Part shown: piece by piece, positions 1-12,426 of the stretch | Layout of the letters: the number at the start of each line of letters is the position of its first letter | How positions within the stretch are numbered: the first letter of the stretch is position 1 | NCBI RefSeq assembly: GCF_006345805.1 | Contig: NC_043022.1 | Location: forward strand, 23,932,001 to 23,996,000 | Source: Octopus sinensis | Taxonomy: Eukaryota | DNA: 64,000 bases | Reading direction: 5' to 3' | Position numbers and translations under genes: made by a program | The notes under the pieces: generated by a model | Told to the model about the DNA's origin: nothing | Databases searched by the model: none | Seen by the model: the letters and a program-made list of their open reading frames with translations, nothing else

Positions 1-26
1 CTCTGTTCTTACATATTTAAATCTGA

Positions 27-388
27 CTAGCACTATGACCCGGCAATGCCGAGTCATAGTGCTAGTGCATGCATATACAGCTGCGTGCGTGCACACATAC
101 ACGTGAGTACTGTCCAAATCTCCGACCAATCACATACAGTTAGCTGGCATTCAATTGGCGTATCAAGTTTCGGGCATTTTGATTGGGTTTTGGATAAAAA
201 TTTCACAAAAAAGTCACTTCTATTGATTTTTTAATGGCTTTGCAGGGTGACTGGGGAAATGTAAAGATGTGCACGACCACCCTTGGACGGTTTTGAATGA
301 CCATAGAAAGTGCAAGCCCTCTAACTGAAAAATTGTGGATTTGTATAAAGGACACACACAGACATTTTGCCGTTTATATATAGAGAGA
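27..388 (-). mobile_element. Non-autonomous Helitron
   Basis: Minus strand reads A|TCTCTCTATATATAAA ... subterminal hairpin ... CTAG|T: canonical TC/CTAG termini inserted between A and T. Confidence 0.7.
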
Positions 389-779
389 TACTTTTTTCCA
401 CCAGCTTCTTTTGTTGAACCGCTATGCTTCGGAGACGCTAGCAAACCAATATCAGTTGTTAAGCGATGAGAGATGAACACAAAGACACGAACACCACAAA
501 CATATGTTCACACATATATGTGCAGTGAGACTTCAGTTTACGAATTTAATTTGCCCCTGAAGACGTTCGTCACCTAAAATGTTTGTAAACCAAAACTAAT
601 TTTCTCATAGGAAATCCAAGACAAAGCACGGCGAATTCAAGCAGAGATGTGCACTGAGTGAGAGCTAGATAGCAACTGACACTCTCCTGCAGATATTCTC
701 AGTTTGTCGCCAACCGCTGTTCTTTTTCTCTGTCTGACGAATTTCTAATTGGGAATCCCTTACATGCATGTATAACATG

Positions 780-1026
780 TGAATCTTTGTAATTCTTATT
801 AGCAAATGAAACACGTATAATGAAGAATAGATAATACCAAAAATTTCACGAGGATTAAATAGACAGCCGACAACTGATGAAGGGTCCTTTTTCTGTGTGA
901 ACTTGTCCTGCTTTCCATTTTTTTCTCGTTGTTTACGTATTTCACTCGTTTTTATCCTGAAATTACTGTCCACGTCTTGTATCTATCTCGTGTGCATATC
1001 ATTTGCACCGTTGGTGACGTCCAGTT
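780..1026 (+). mobile_element. Possible Penelope-like element terminal remnant
   Basis: CTGATGAAGGG motif at 874, then a T-rich tract running into (TA)n; same layout as other PLE-like remnants here. Degenerate. Confidence 0.3.
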
Positions 1027-1028
1027 AT

Positions 1029-1280
<252 letters not shown>

Positions 1281-1284
1281 ATAT

Positions 1285-1560
1285 AACAATGCCTTGTTAT
1301 GTCCTGTTATTTGTATTTGTGTAACATTCTCCGTCTTTGTTTTCGTATACTTTCGCTGCTTTCTTCCAAGTAATCTAATGCCCTTAGCTTAGTTTTTCCT
1401 TGGGCTGGCCAGATTGGAGCAATCTCGAGTATAACCAGCCGAAATTGCAAAGATAATCTGGAACTCGACTAAGGAAAGAAAACTCCGAATGACCCGTCCT
1501 TGTTTTCTTTGTATCGTCTATCTGGATGTTTTGCGTTCTTCACCCATTTTGTGTTATTTA
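1285..1560 (+). mobile_element. Dispersed repeat fragment (second copy at ~50409-50520)
   Basis: AGCCGAAATTGC...ATGACCC...ATGTTTTGCGTTCTT...CCCATTTTG shared by both loci; both next to (TA)n. Confidence 0.55.
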
Positions 1561-1683
1561 TTTATAAAAAATATAACGGCGTACGTACACTTTGGTCTCT
1601 TATATGTAAGTATATATATATATGTATGTATGTATGCATGTATGTATGTATGTATGTGTGTGTCTGTGTCTGTGCGCGCGCGC

Positions 1684-1730
<47 letters not shown>

Positions 1731-2570
1731 ATATATTACACTGAGTCGAAGATTTTGCTATACTTTGGTAACTTGTTTGCTTTATTCGTCAATTTACAGC
1801 AAAAGCGGTCCAGCATTCAAACTAGAGGCCATCATTTTGCATGCTCTGAAACCACCTATCTTCTAGTTCTTTGATCCCACACAGATATGGTGATCGCCGC
1901 ACCGCTTCAGCTGCACTTAGCCCCTTTACGTACAAAACAAAACTGGGCTTGCAACAGCTGAAGAAGTGCAGTGATCATCGTAACGTTCATACAGTAACTT
2001 GAAGTTCTGCATGTAAGTCTTTATATCTGTATCATTCAATAAATATAGTCATCTGCTTCCTACGATTTTGAGGCTTATCACTTTTCTCGTCACATGTGAC
2101 TTATTAATGCATACACACACACACAGACGTGCAAACACGTGCATACACATAAATTCATACATATACATGTATGTGTATGTGCTTATTTGTTTGTGTGTAT
2201 GTGTTTGTACACTCTACGTGTTCGGGAAACAATATATCTTACAATGAACCGCTATAAAAAGATTAACAAAATGGCCGCTATTTTCCTCTTTCTTTCTTAA
2301 ATCGAAACTGCTACTTAACAAAATCAGTCATATTCACATCAAACACGGCGGCATCAAATCTTATCTAGGTTTATGTATTTGTACGTGATGTTAATTTCGT
2401 TTTGTGTGTTTTTGAATGTAATGTAGCTTGTGTGTGTGTTATGTGTGTGTGTGTTTGCGTGTGTGTGTTTCTATGTGTGTTCGAACAACAGTCTATCAAT
2501 CTATCCATCTTTATGGATATATGTGTGTGTGTAAACGTATATATATCCATATATGTATATGTGTATACAT

Positions 2571-2601
<31 letters not shown>

Positions 2602-3468
2602 CATATGCACATATACACGCACAAATATGCATAAGCATGGAAATATATGTGTATGAATCTCTGTGTGTGTGTGTGTGTGTGTGTGTGTTTGTATGTGTAT
2701 GATAGCTGAAAGACATCACGTCTGCCTCGTAGTTTTCAATGCAATTCGTTGATTCAGTTAAAAATGTTATATCTGACAATGTTGGCTCTGATTGAATTAC
2801 AGTATGGCAATGTGGAGAGAGGAAGACAGATAGAGTGCATAAGAAAGAGGTAGAGAGTATAAGGGTGTGTAGGAAGGGGAGTAAGACTTTGAAAGAGTGA
2901 AGGATATGGTTGGAGAGAGGGAGAGAAAAGGATAGCAACGACAAATATATAATACTACATAACTACAATTTGGAGATTGAGACGGAGATAGTTTGAGTGG
3001 AGAGAAAGAGAGAGGGAGGCAATGAATGGAAGAAGGAGGTATGAAAGAAGTATAGGAGAGGAAGATGGAAATGAGGGGAGAGGTGAGAGGTAAAGGAGAA
3101 AGAGCAAGGGAAAAAAGGTGAAAGAGGAGAATGATATAGAGCGAACAAGTATAAGGAGAAGCAAGTAAGAGAGTGAGAGAGAGCGCGTAAAAGAGACTGA
3201 ATGAAAGCGAGAGGGAGGGGGGAGGTGGAGATAGGATGTATGGGGAATATGGGGTTGGTAGGTGGAAATTGAAAGAAGTCCGTGGTATTTATACACACAC
3301 ACATACTCACACAGCCCACACCCAGTCACACTCTTTTCACCTCGTCTCTCGCCTCTCACGACGGAATCGAAGACCAGCCACTAACCTGCCCGTGAATCAC
3401 ACCCTTGTGCATACATCACACAAACACACACACACACACACACACATTGGCTATCTTCGCACTCTCTT

Positions 3469-3695
3469 ATTTTTTTACTGACCACAAGGGGCTAAACACA
3501 GAGGGGACAAACAAAGACAGACAAACGGATTAAGTCGATTAGATCGACTCCAGTGCGTAACTGGTACTTAATTTATCGACCCCGAAAGGATGAAAGGCAA
3601 AGTCGACCTTGGCGGAACTTGAACTCAGAACGTAGCGGCAGACGAAATACCGCTAAGTATTTCGCCCGGCGTGCTAACGTTTCTGCCAGCTCGTC
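3469..3695 (-). mobile_element. tRNA-derived SINE, family B (head GGCGGCGAGCTGGCAGAA)
   Basis: Matches copies at 36258, 41727 and 44980; B-box-like GAGTTCAA; central GCCTTTCATCCTTTCGGGGTCGAT...AAGTACC motif; short TSD CACTCTCTT. Confidence 0.9.
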
Positions 3696-3998
3696 ACACT
3701 CTCTTGTCCCAAAATACACTTTCCCTGCCTCTTTCCACTTCTGGTTACTTCAGCCATGTAACAACACATGTGCTGTTGGTGATATTTGTCCTTCTATGGA
3801 CTTTTCCGTTTTCCTTTCTCACGAAGAACCACGGGACAGAGACTTTAATGCTGAAATAGAGAGATATAGAAAAATCGAGTGAGAGAGAGAGAAAGAGAAA
3901 AGAGAGAGAGACGGAGCATGAACGAAACAGAGAAGGGGAAACAGGGAAAAATTGAAATGGAAAACAGGGTTGTACAAGTAAAGTGGAGGAGAGAGTAC

Positions 3999-4051
3999 TC
4001 CAGCTGAAGAGGAGATAACCACTCCGAAATGTTTGCATCGCACAATCTGGA
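3999..4051 (+). ncRNA. Hammerhead ribozyme-like motif (type I, probably degenerate)
   Basis: TCCAG-CTGAAGA-GGAG(ATAACCA)CTCC-GAAA-TGT...ACAAT-CTGGA: intact core, stem II and stem I; the cleavage triplet is non-canonical in the stem-I register. Confidence 0.5.
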
Positions 4052-4265
4052 TAGGTAGTGCTGTGAGCTAATTTGATGTATTTACACTCATTTGTCTACA
4101 GCGAGAATTTTTCTCCAAAACAAAACGCTGAATTGCTTCATTTCGAATATGCTTAACATTTTTTAACTAATAAATCGTTTGCATTTATTAACAGATAGTT
4201 CTCTGTTAAAGAAAGAGAGGTGCAATACTGTATCAAGGACTTTCTATTTTTTTTTATTCTATTAC

Positions 4266-4270
<5 letters not shown>

Positions 4271-4319
<49 letters not shown>

Positions 4320-4342
4320 TAATAATTAATAATAATAATAAT

Positions 4343-4394
<52 letters not shown>

Positions 4395-4458
4395 GAGCTG
4401 CGCTCGGTAGTGAAGTGAAAGCACGCTATAAAAATAAAATTACTGAATGATGATGATG

Positions 4459-4524
<66 letters not shown>
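4271..4524. repeat. Two (AAT)n microsatellites
   Basis: Directly visible. Confidence 0.95.
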
Positions 4525-4926
4525 TAAAGGATTGAGGTAACTCCTCCGGAAGATATAGAGTCAAAATTAAAAGAAGGGTGCCATTGTCATCTAGTGAACG
4601 ATATTTCACTAGATGACAAGGGAGTTACCTCAATCCTTTATATAATCCGTATGCTTTTGAAAAGGCGATCAACGTGGTCCACCTGAAGGGGTTGCTCTAG
4701 CATGACTGCAGACGTAATGAGTGAAAACAACGACAGAAGTTGATAGATAGATAGACAGAGAGATAGACATGGATACATGTACGTGTTCTTGTGTGTGTGT
4801 GTATATATATATGTTTTGGAGTCTCGCAATACCATGTACGCCTATGAGAATTTACTTTCCCAATGAAACTCGGTTTTTTCTCAAACTCTTTCTCAAACCT
4901 GTTGTAATGTGATACATGTCTTTGGT

Positions 4927-5042
4927 GAGGTAATTGTACGCGGCTGAAGAAGGCTTTTGATCTATCTGTTGTATCAACTATGCATTGATATAAGAATTAG
5001 TTGTTCAATAAAGCCCGAAACATATGTACCGCAAAATACCTT
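4927..5042 (+). ncRNA. Type I hammerhead ribozyme with extended stem II
   Basis: GCGG-CTGAAGA-A-GGCTTT...AAAGCC-C-GAAA-C(ATAT)G-TA|CCGC. Stem I GCGG/CCGC extended by AGGTA/TACCT; palindromic stem III ACATATGT; GUA cleavage triplet ending at 5028. Confidence 0.75.
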
Positions 5043-5120
5043 GCGTCCTGTTTTTCTTTTGATACATATATCCTATCACCTATACAGGTGCTTACATTTA
5101 TCAAGTATTCACCCTGAATT

Positions 5121-5171
<51 letters not shown>

Positions 5172-5320
5172 TAGATATGGTTATGAGTAACAATGAAGGG
5201 TGAAATTAATTAATTTGGAATAATTATCAATTACACCAAGTAGTCTTCGGCATGTAAAAGCCTCATTCGAGGAAAAAGACAGACAGACATGGATACATGT
5301 ACGTGTTCTTGTGTGGTGTG

Positions 5321-5357
<37 letters not shown>

Positions 5358-5484
5358 ATATATATATAATATATATATATGTATGTATGTATGTATATAT
5401 ATATATTATATATATATATATATATTATATATATATATATATATATAAATATATGTATGTATATATATATATATATACATATAT

Positions 5485-5521
<37 letters not shown>

Positions 5522-6361
5522 CAGATAGATTGATATACATATATATACGTATATATATGTTTGTGTGTGTGTGTATATATATATATATACATACATATAT
5601 GCGTGTATACATCTCTCTCTTCTTTTCTCTTTTGCTCTCCCGCCACCCCCTGTTTTGTGTGTGTGTATAAACACTGGCACGCACACATACACATATATTT
5701 GCAGAATGAGCGAGAGAGAGAGAGAGAGAGGAGAGAGAGAAGGAGAAGACAGTGAAAAAGAAGTACAAACCTATAGAAAACTTATTTTTAAAGTGGAAAT
5801 GATTGAACAAAAACATGTCCGCCAGCTAGTAAGCTACAAAATCAAAGAGAGCCAAGTGCACCACATGTAAGCTATGCACCTCTATTATGAAAGGCATACA
5901 AAAAAAAAAAAACTATGTAGTATTTCGTAATGATGTATTTGGAAGCTAAGGAGTATTCTTTGTTGATTATCAATAGATATTTCGCATTCATTGCATAGCT
6001 TCTTGTTGTAATATGGGCAAACTGGCGATATGCTTGTTACCAATTGGCTGGGGCAGACGATAGCAATGTCGTTATGTAAATTGGTGTGTAATTTTGTTTG
6101 GGAGCGTGAGAATGAAGAGTATGCGAGCAAAATTTTGTGCAATTGTTTATTTTTGTGAATGTGTATAAATTAAGTATTGTGAGTGAGTGATTTGTGTGTG
6201 TGTGTGACGGTGTCTCTGTGTTTTACACTCTGCGTTAGTATGTGAGAGAGACTGATGCTTTCCTGTATGTATATGTATACGTATGTCTGAGCGAATGCAT
6301 GCTCAAATGTATGTGTGTTGTTTCCATGATGAGTGTGTCTCTAAGAGGATGTAAGCATATA

Positions 6362-6420
6362 CAGGGTGTCCCAGAAGTCACGAACCATTATGGTTTTCAT
6401 TAAAAATAATTAAAGCAGTT
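6362..6420 (+). mobile_element. Solo Tc1/mariner-type terminal inverted repeat
   Basis: TA|CAGGGTGTCCCAGAAGTC terminus; the partner end was not found. Confidence 0.4.
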
Positions 6421-7498
6421 TATTATATTTTATTTTTTCTGCATGTTTTGTTGTAGAGAGTGCTCAATTGATCATTTGTTGCGATTAATTTCAATAAAGT
6501 GTTTTTGAAATAAATAAGGGTGTATTCTTTTAAAAAGCCAATTGTCACTAATTGTGCAGGGTAACACCTACATTGCGAGAAATAAGAGTTAAAAACCCTT
6601 AGAGCCGCAAAGAAGTAGATGCCTATACACTGACAGGGGAAGTAACCATCCCACAGCGAGCAAAATCGCCATACTAGTCTAGTTTCGCTCAAAATTAGAG
6701 CTCATTAATGGTTACCACTGTATCGCTGGATTGTATTGCTAAATCCCGACTGTCAGTATATAATCTTTAGCATAGGAATCAATGGCTGATTCAGTAATGA
6801 AGGAGATGCAACGTCGGACGGTTATAACGGCCACTCCGGGTTAGCAGAGTTAGTTAGACAAGTAAGATACGACTATCTATGACTAACTACCACCGACTGC
6901 TCGACTTCACAGTATTTGTAACGACTACACATACCACTCGTCACGTAGAAGAGGTGTTCCATTATTATCAATACCCCCATAACAAGCAAAATGGTAATAT
7001 TGGGTCGTAACTTTATTTTTAGCAATGTAGGTGCTACCCGACACTGTCAGTCCAGTCACAATTAGCGACAATTAAGTTTTTTTCTTTTTGGTTTTATATT
7101 ACGTATAGCTGCATTCGTTATTTTATAAGTATGTGTATATGTATGCATGTAGGCATGCATGTATGAATGCATGATTTTTATGTTTAGTTATAATCAGAGC
7201 AATTTTACATTAATCTAAAAATAGCCAAATTAACAGTCCGCTCAAACTCACACATCCAAGGAAGACTTTAACCTAACAGAGACAATATAAAGGCAAGATT
7301 GATGCATCGCAGTCCGACGATGGCTTAACAGTCCGAAACTTCGAAGTCACTGTCAACAATATTTTTGCATAAGAATGATATATATACCAAATAGTTTCGG
7401 GCTCAGTCCCACTGCATGGGACTTGGGCAAGTCTATAGACTCAGGTCAACCAAGCCTAAGAGTGAATTTAGTGGCAGAAACTGAAGGAACCCATCGTA

Positions 7499-7544
<46 letters not shown>

Positions 7545-8499
7545 AATATATATACACACATGCACACACGTTCATATGAAGCATGCACACATACACACAT
7601 TTACAATCGTATATATCAGCTCTTTCTATTGATACAGTTTAATGGAGAGAGAGAGAGAGCCAGAGAGGGAGAGAGATGTTGTGTGTTTGTGTGTGTGCAA
7701 GGAAAAGAGACGATCAGGGACAATTCTATAGGATGTAGGACAAAGAGAGCGAGAGAAGGAGATAGACACACATCCATGCGTAAATGTCAGAAACACATAC
7801 ACACGCACTCAGTCGCATACTTACAGCTCATTGACACACACACACACACACACACACTCTCTCTCTCTCTTTCTCTCACGCACACACACACACCCACAAA
7901 CATACATTCAATTATCAAATCGAATATCCAGTGCAGTGCATAGTTTTATGAGAGTTTCACTTTGGCCATGATTAATCGATTTTTATATTCACAAATCATT
8001 GATTTCTAATTTTTTATTGAACCTATCGATAGTTTCCCTGCGCGTGACTAAACTATTTACTCGTATTAACTTAATACATATCGATTTATTGATTGATTTT
8101 TCTTTCAATGATTGGCTTGTTGCTTGATTCAGTGAATCGTTGATTGATGTCCTCTGTACTGTTGTTGTTTAATTCCGAGTAATCTTCCATCCAACCGTGA
8201 CCCTCTCTTCGGTTTAAGTGTACCTGCTGCCATGCACAGCTAATGCAGTTTCGCACCTGGTTTAACTGATTCGTTTTGCGTTTATCGTTCATAAATTGTC
8301 CTTTATGTTTAATTTGCTTCAGTCGTTGGACTACGCCCATGTTGGGGCACTGCTATGAAGAACTGAGTCGAACAAATCGATGTCAGTTGATTTCCTTTCT
8401 TAAACCTGGTACTTATTCTATTGGAACTTTTTTGCCGAAGTTTTTTCTGGGACATAAACGAACCAGCACCGGTTGTTATGCGATGTATGGGCGATAAAC

Positions 8500-8645
8500 G
8501 CTCGATTTTTGTAATTTTTTCAAGACTTATACACGCCCTGATACCGTCGGTATCTACACATCAAATTTGAGCGTAATCGGATGGAGGATGTCCGAGATCC
8601 TAGAAGACACACAGACGGACAGACAGAACGGATTTTATATAATAT
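8500..8645 (-). mobile_element. Partial non-autonomous Helitron-like element
   Basis: ACAGACGGACAGACAGAACGGATTTTATAT end resembles the corresponding ends of the 27-388 and 24356-24683 elements. Confidence 0.4.
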
Positions 8646-8658
8646 ATATATATATGTG

Positions 8659-8711
<53 letters not shown>

Positions 8712-9049
8712 TGTGGTGTGTGTGTGTGTGTGTGTAAAAGGTTGAAAAGGAACACATTTGTTGATATGTATAAGGAAAAAAAGTCAAGGTAGAAAATGCT
8801 AAAATAATTTTATCATAACAAAACTTTTTAGTACCGGTTTCAGTCATTGAGATTTTTTCAACTGTAAGTATGGAAAACAATTAAATTTTGGAAAAATTAA
8901 ATGAAAAGTTTTTTAAAAGAATATTTGCATAGTATTCAAATGCAAGAGGCATTTTCCTTGTTCTGCCTGTCTCTGTCTCTCTTGTTTACTCTTGTGGGTT
9001 CGAGGTCGTTGTGAAATCTTGATTCTTTTACAAAAACTTTTCAAAGTTC

Positions 9050-9275
9050 CCCTCGGAAGTAGAAGTCCGGGCAAGGTTGTTTGTGGAAGACCCTCAATCT
9101 CCTATACAAAGCAAAGTCAAAGGTCGATACAGCTTGGCACCAATGACGTCGCAACTCATATCTGGAGCAATGTAAAATAAAGCGTTTTGCTCAAGAACAC
9201 AACACACAGCCCGATCCGGGGATCGAACTCACTATCTCACGATTGAGAGCCCGATGCTCTAACCACTGACCCATA
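9050..9275 (-). mobile_element. tRNA-derived SINE, family C' (degenerate)
   Basis: Minus-strand A/B boxes (AGTGGTTAGAGC...GAGTTCGATCC) and body shared with 50069-50393. Confidence 0.75.
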
Positions 9276-9300
9276 GCTTCACACACATATATGTGCGTGC

Positions 9301-9331
<31 letters not shown>

Positions 9332-9784
9332 CATATGTATATTACATATGTGTGTGTTTGTGGTTGTTCTCTATATTTTAATGAAATAAGCTGTAGTGGT
9401 GAGAGAACTATTTCACCATTTTTTCTATTTCTCTCCTCTTTTCTCGTCTCATCCCCTCCCCCGCCTCTCCCCTCCATCTCTCTCCTTCCTAGTTCTCTTC
9501 TTCGCCCCTTCCTCGCCGCCCGTTTGCTCCTTTGTTATTATCCCTGCAATTCCTGCTGGCAACTCCTACAACTAACTTCATTAAAACCCAATTTTCCTAT
9601 CATCATCTGAGTAAATTTTTAAAGCGACATCGTTTAAGCGATGATTTCAAATTTTTCATCGTGTATTTCTCCTTTTTTTTTGTCTATTGCTGTTCCCTGT
9701 TTTGTTTTTTGTTTTATTTTTCAGTTCTGTTTTTTTTTTCTTTAAAAAAAAACTTTTTTCTTTATTGTTTCCTTTTGTTTCAAA

Positions 9785-10545
9785 AATGGAGAAGCAAGAA
9801 GGATGAAGGGAGAATAAAGGAAGGGGGAGGAGGAGGAAGAAGGAGACGTGGAGGGAGGATTATAGGGTGGGTGAAGAGGGAAGGAGAAGGTGGGGAGGAA
9901 GAAGAAGAGAAAGGAAAAGTAGGTAGCAGCAGCAGCAGTAGTAGTAGTAGTAGTAGTAGTAGCAGCAGCAGCAGCAGCAACAGTAGAAGCAGCAAAGGTA
10001 TTGGTTGTGGCAGAAGAAGAAGAAGAAGAAGAAGACGTGAAAGGAGGATTATAGGGTGGGGGGAAGGGGGAAGGAGAAGGTGGGGAGGAAATGGGTTGGA
10101 TAAGGGGCGGGAAAGTGAGTGAGGTGGAATAGAGAAGAAATGGAGGGGGTGAAACTAAAGGGAGCTGGAAGAAGAGGAATAGAAAATAAGGAGGGAGATG
10201 AGGAAAAGGAAACAGAAGAAAAAGAGAGTATGATGGTGATGATGATGCTGATGAAGAAAAAGAAAAGAAGAGGAATAAGGAGAGGAAGAAGAGAAAGTAA
10301 AAGTAGGTAGCAGCAGTAGTAGTAGCAGCAGTAGTAGCAATGGTATTGATTGTGGCAGAAAGAGAAGAAGAAGAAGAAGAAGGATTTAATAAAATGGAAA
10401 AGTCAGAAGGAAAATGTAGTAGGGAAAAGAAAGAGAACGAAAGACAAGGAGTTGAAGCCATAAACAGCAAGAGACAGGAAGACAAATAAGAAAGACAAAA
10501 GCAGACGAGAGAGAGACAGAGAGAGGGGCGGAGGGGAGGAGAAAG
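9785..10545. repeat. Purine-rich low-complexity tract with internal duplications
   Basis: GA-rich with (AGC/AGT)n and (GAA)n; duplicated blocks at ~9836/10030 and ~9916/10299. Confidence 0.85.
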
Positions 10546-10982
10546 AAACATTTTATTATATTGTCTCTGATGTTGGCAATATTTTAATAGAATCAAGATT
10601 ATTTCCCACTGAGGAAGTTACTGTCTTGATAACTTAATGACAACGTTTATTGTAATCACAATGACAAGAAAAGAGAAGAGAATAATAAAAATAAAGTCGG
10701 TCTTTATTTCATAAATAATTGTCCAAAGGTGTTTAATTATATGCTTGGCGTTCGGTGTTCAAATTCTGCTCAAGTTAGATTTTGTTCCTTCATCCTTCCG
10801 GCCCAGCGGGAGTCGATACATTAAGTATCGGTTGCTCGTATGACTGCATGAATGAGCATAAAGAAGTGTACTTTGCAACTACATGGTTCCGGATTTGATC
10901 GGGGTTAAACGTGTTTTATTAAAACCTCGGCTCGGACAAATAGATCCTGCCGAACGAAATCTATTACACCAAAATGCTGACT

Positions 10983-11575
10983 TTTAGACATCATGCCCTT
11001 CCACATCTCCGATCCTCGTCAGTTCAACCTCCTACCTTTGAGCAGGGCAACTCTCCCTGTCACACTGCGAAGGGAGTCAAAGATTTTTTGAGTGTCAAAG
11101 TGGTTGACCTCATGGACTGGCCACCTCAAAGTTCCGATCTCAACCCTATAGAAAATGCTTAGAAGATTATTGGAGATGAGACGCGAAGGAAGACTCCAAA
11201 GAACCAGGATGAACTCCGGGAATTATTGAAAAAGGAATGGAACAATATTACTCCATCATTTTGCAAAAAAATAATTCAGTCTTGTAGTAACAGATGTCAG
11301 GAGGTCATTGATAGTAAAGGGATGTTCACAAAATACTAATAGAAAGGGTTTCTTTTGTGTTCTTGTGACCCTTAACTTTTGGCCGTTGCAGTTTGGAAGA
11401 TTATTTGTTCATTTGCTCATAACTTACAAAATATTTATTCAATTCACTTGAAATTTTCACGAATGATGGATATTAGACATATCTAAATATGAGTAAAATA
11501 TCTAGTCTCAACGTTATGTTAATATTCTATAATAAATATTTCAATACACTTGTTCTTACTGACCCTTATACTATT
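10983..11575 (+). pseudogene. Tc1 (DD34E) transposase C-terminal fragment plus right IR/DR end
   Basis: FEQGNSPCHTAK...MDWPPQSSDLNPIENA*KIIG...EWNNITPSFCKKIIQSCSNRCQEVIDSKGMFTKY* (stop at 11339). Direct repeat GTTCTT..TGACCCTTA at ~11360 and ~11555. Confidence 0.92.
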
Positions 11576-11830
11576 TAAGGTGTATTCCATTAGGAACGTA
11601 GTAGAGTACAAAATAGAGCTCGTTCACCCTTAGAATTATCAAATAGCCGATAGTATTACGGTATACTTCAAAGTCTAGGTTTAGGCATTCTTCGTGCGTG
11701 AAAATAAAATTGAATAAAATAGAGTCAACAAGAATGAAAATGGTTAGATAGTTATTCAATAATCACTACACATGTCTTCATACAACGTAGATCCACATAT
11801 ATACAGGATTTAAATTATGCAACGCTTTAC

Positions 11831-11926
11831 CTGTATAATGGGATCCAGTCGTATTTCCTCAGGTGATATACAATTGCTGTCTCCGTTAGTTATAAAACCT
11901 TTGACTTCGATGCTTAACACATCCAT
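11831..11926 (-). CDS. Candidate first coding exon (MDVLSIEVKGFITNGDSNCISPEEIRLDPIIQ), product unknown
   Basis: Unique sequence; acceptor TTTTGCATGTGCAG at 12049; in-frame upstream TAA; gagATGG context; phase-0 donor CAG|GTAAAG. No homology recognised. Confidence 0.35.
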
Positions 11927-12426
11927 CTCCCTCGTTTGAATTTAGTAGACGCTGGCTGTTTCAATCCGTTCACTGTCGACGTGCATCTGCGCGCCCACCA
12001 CGAGCGGTATTGGATACACTGGCTGTTCATTTTGTTCCGCGTATTATGCTGCACATGCAAAATTAATTATTCGACCTTCAGTACCCGTTGACCCAGATAC
12101 TCATATACAAGCCCACATACCCGCGTAAATAGATTCACACATACCCTCATACATATACAAACACCCTACACACAAATACATCCCTGGGAATCCCCATACA
12201 TACATACACACACATATATATACACATATAAACATACATATATACACTCACATATATATACACATATATACACACACATATATACACACATGCACGCCTA
12301 CACACACATACCGATCAACAAACACATACCCATACATATACGCGCATACGCGGTATTTCGTATACATATATATAGGGGCATGCGCATATATAAAACCGAA
12401 AAACTAGATATTTGTTCTGCACCGAG

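Noticed and set aside
9742-10596. 284-aa minus-strand ORF (longest in the track)
   Set aside because: Antisense of a purine low-complexity tract, stop-poor by composition.
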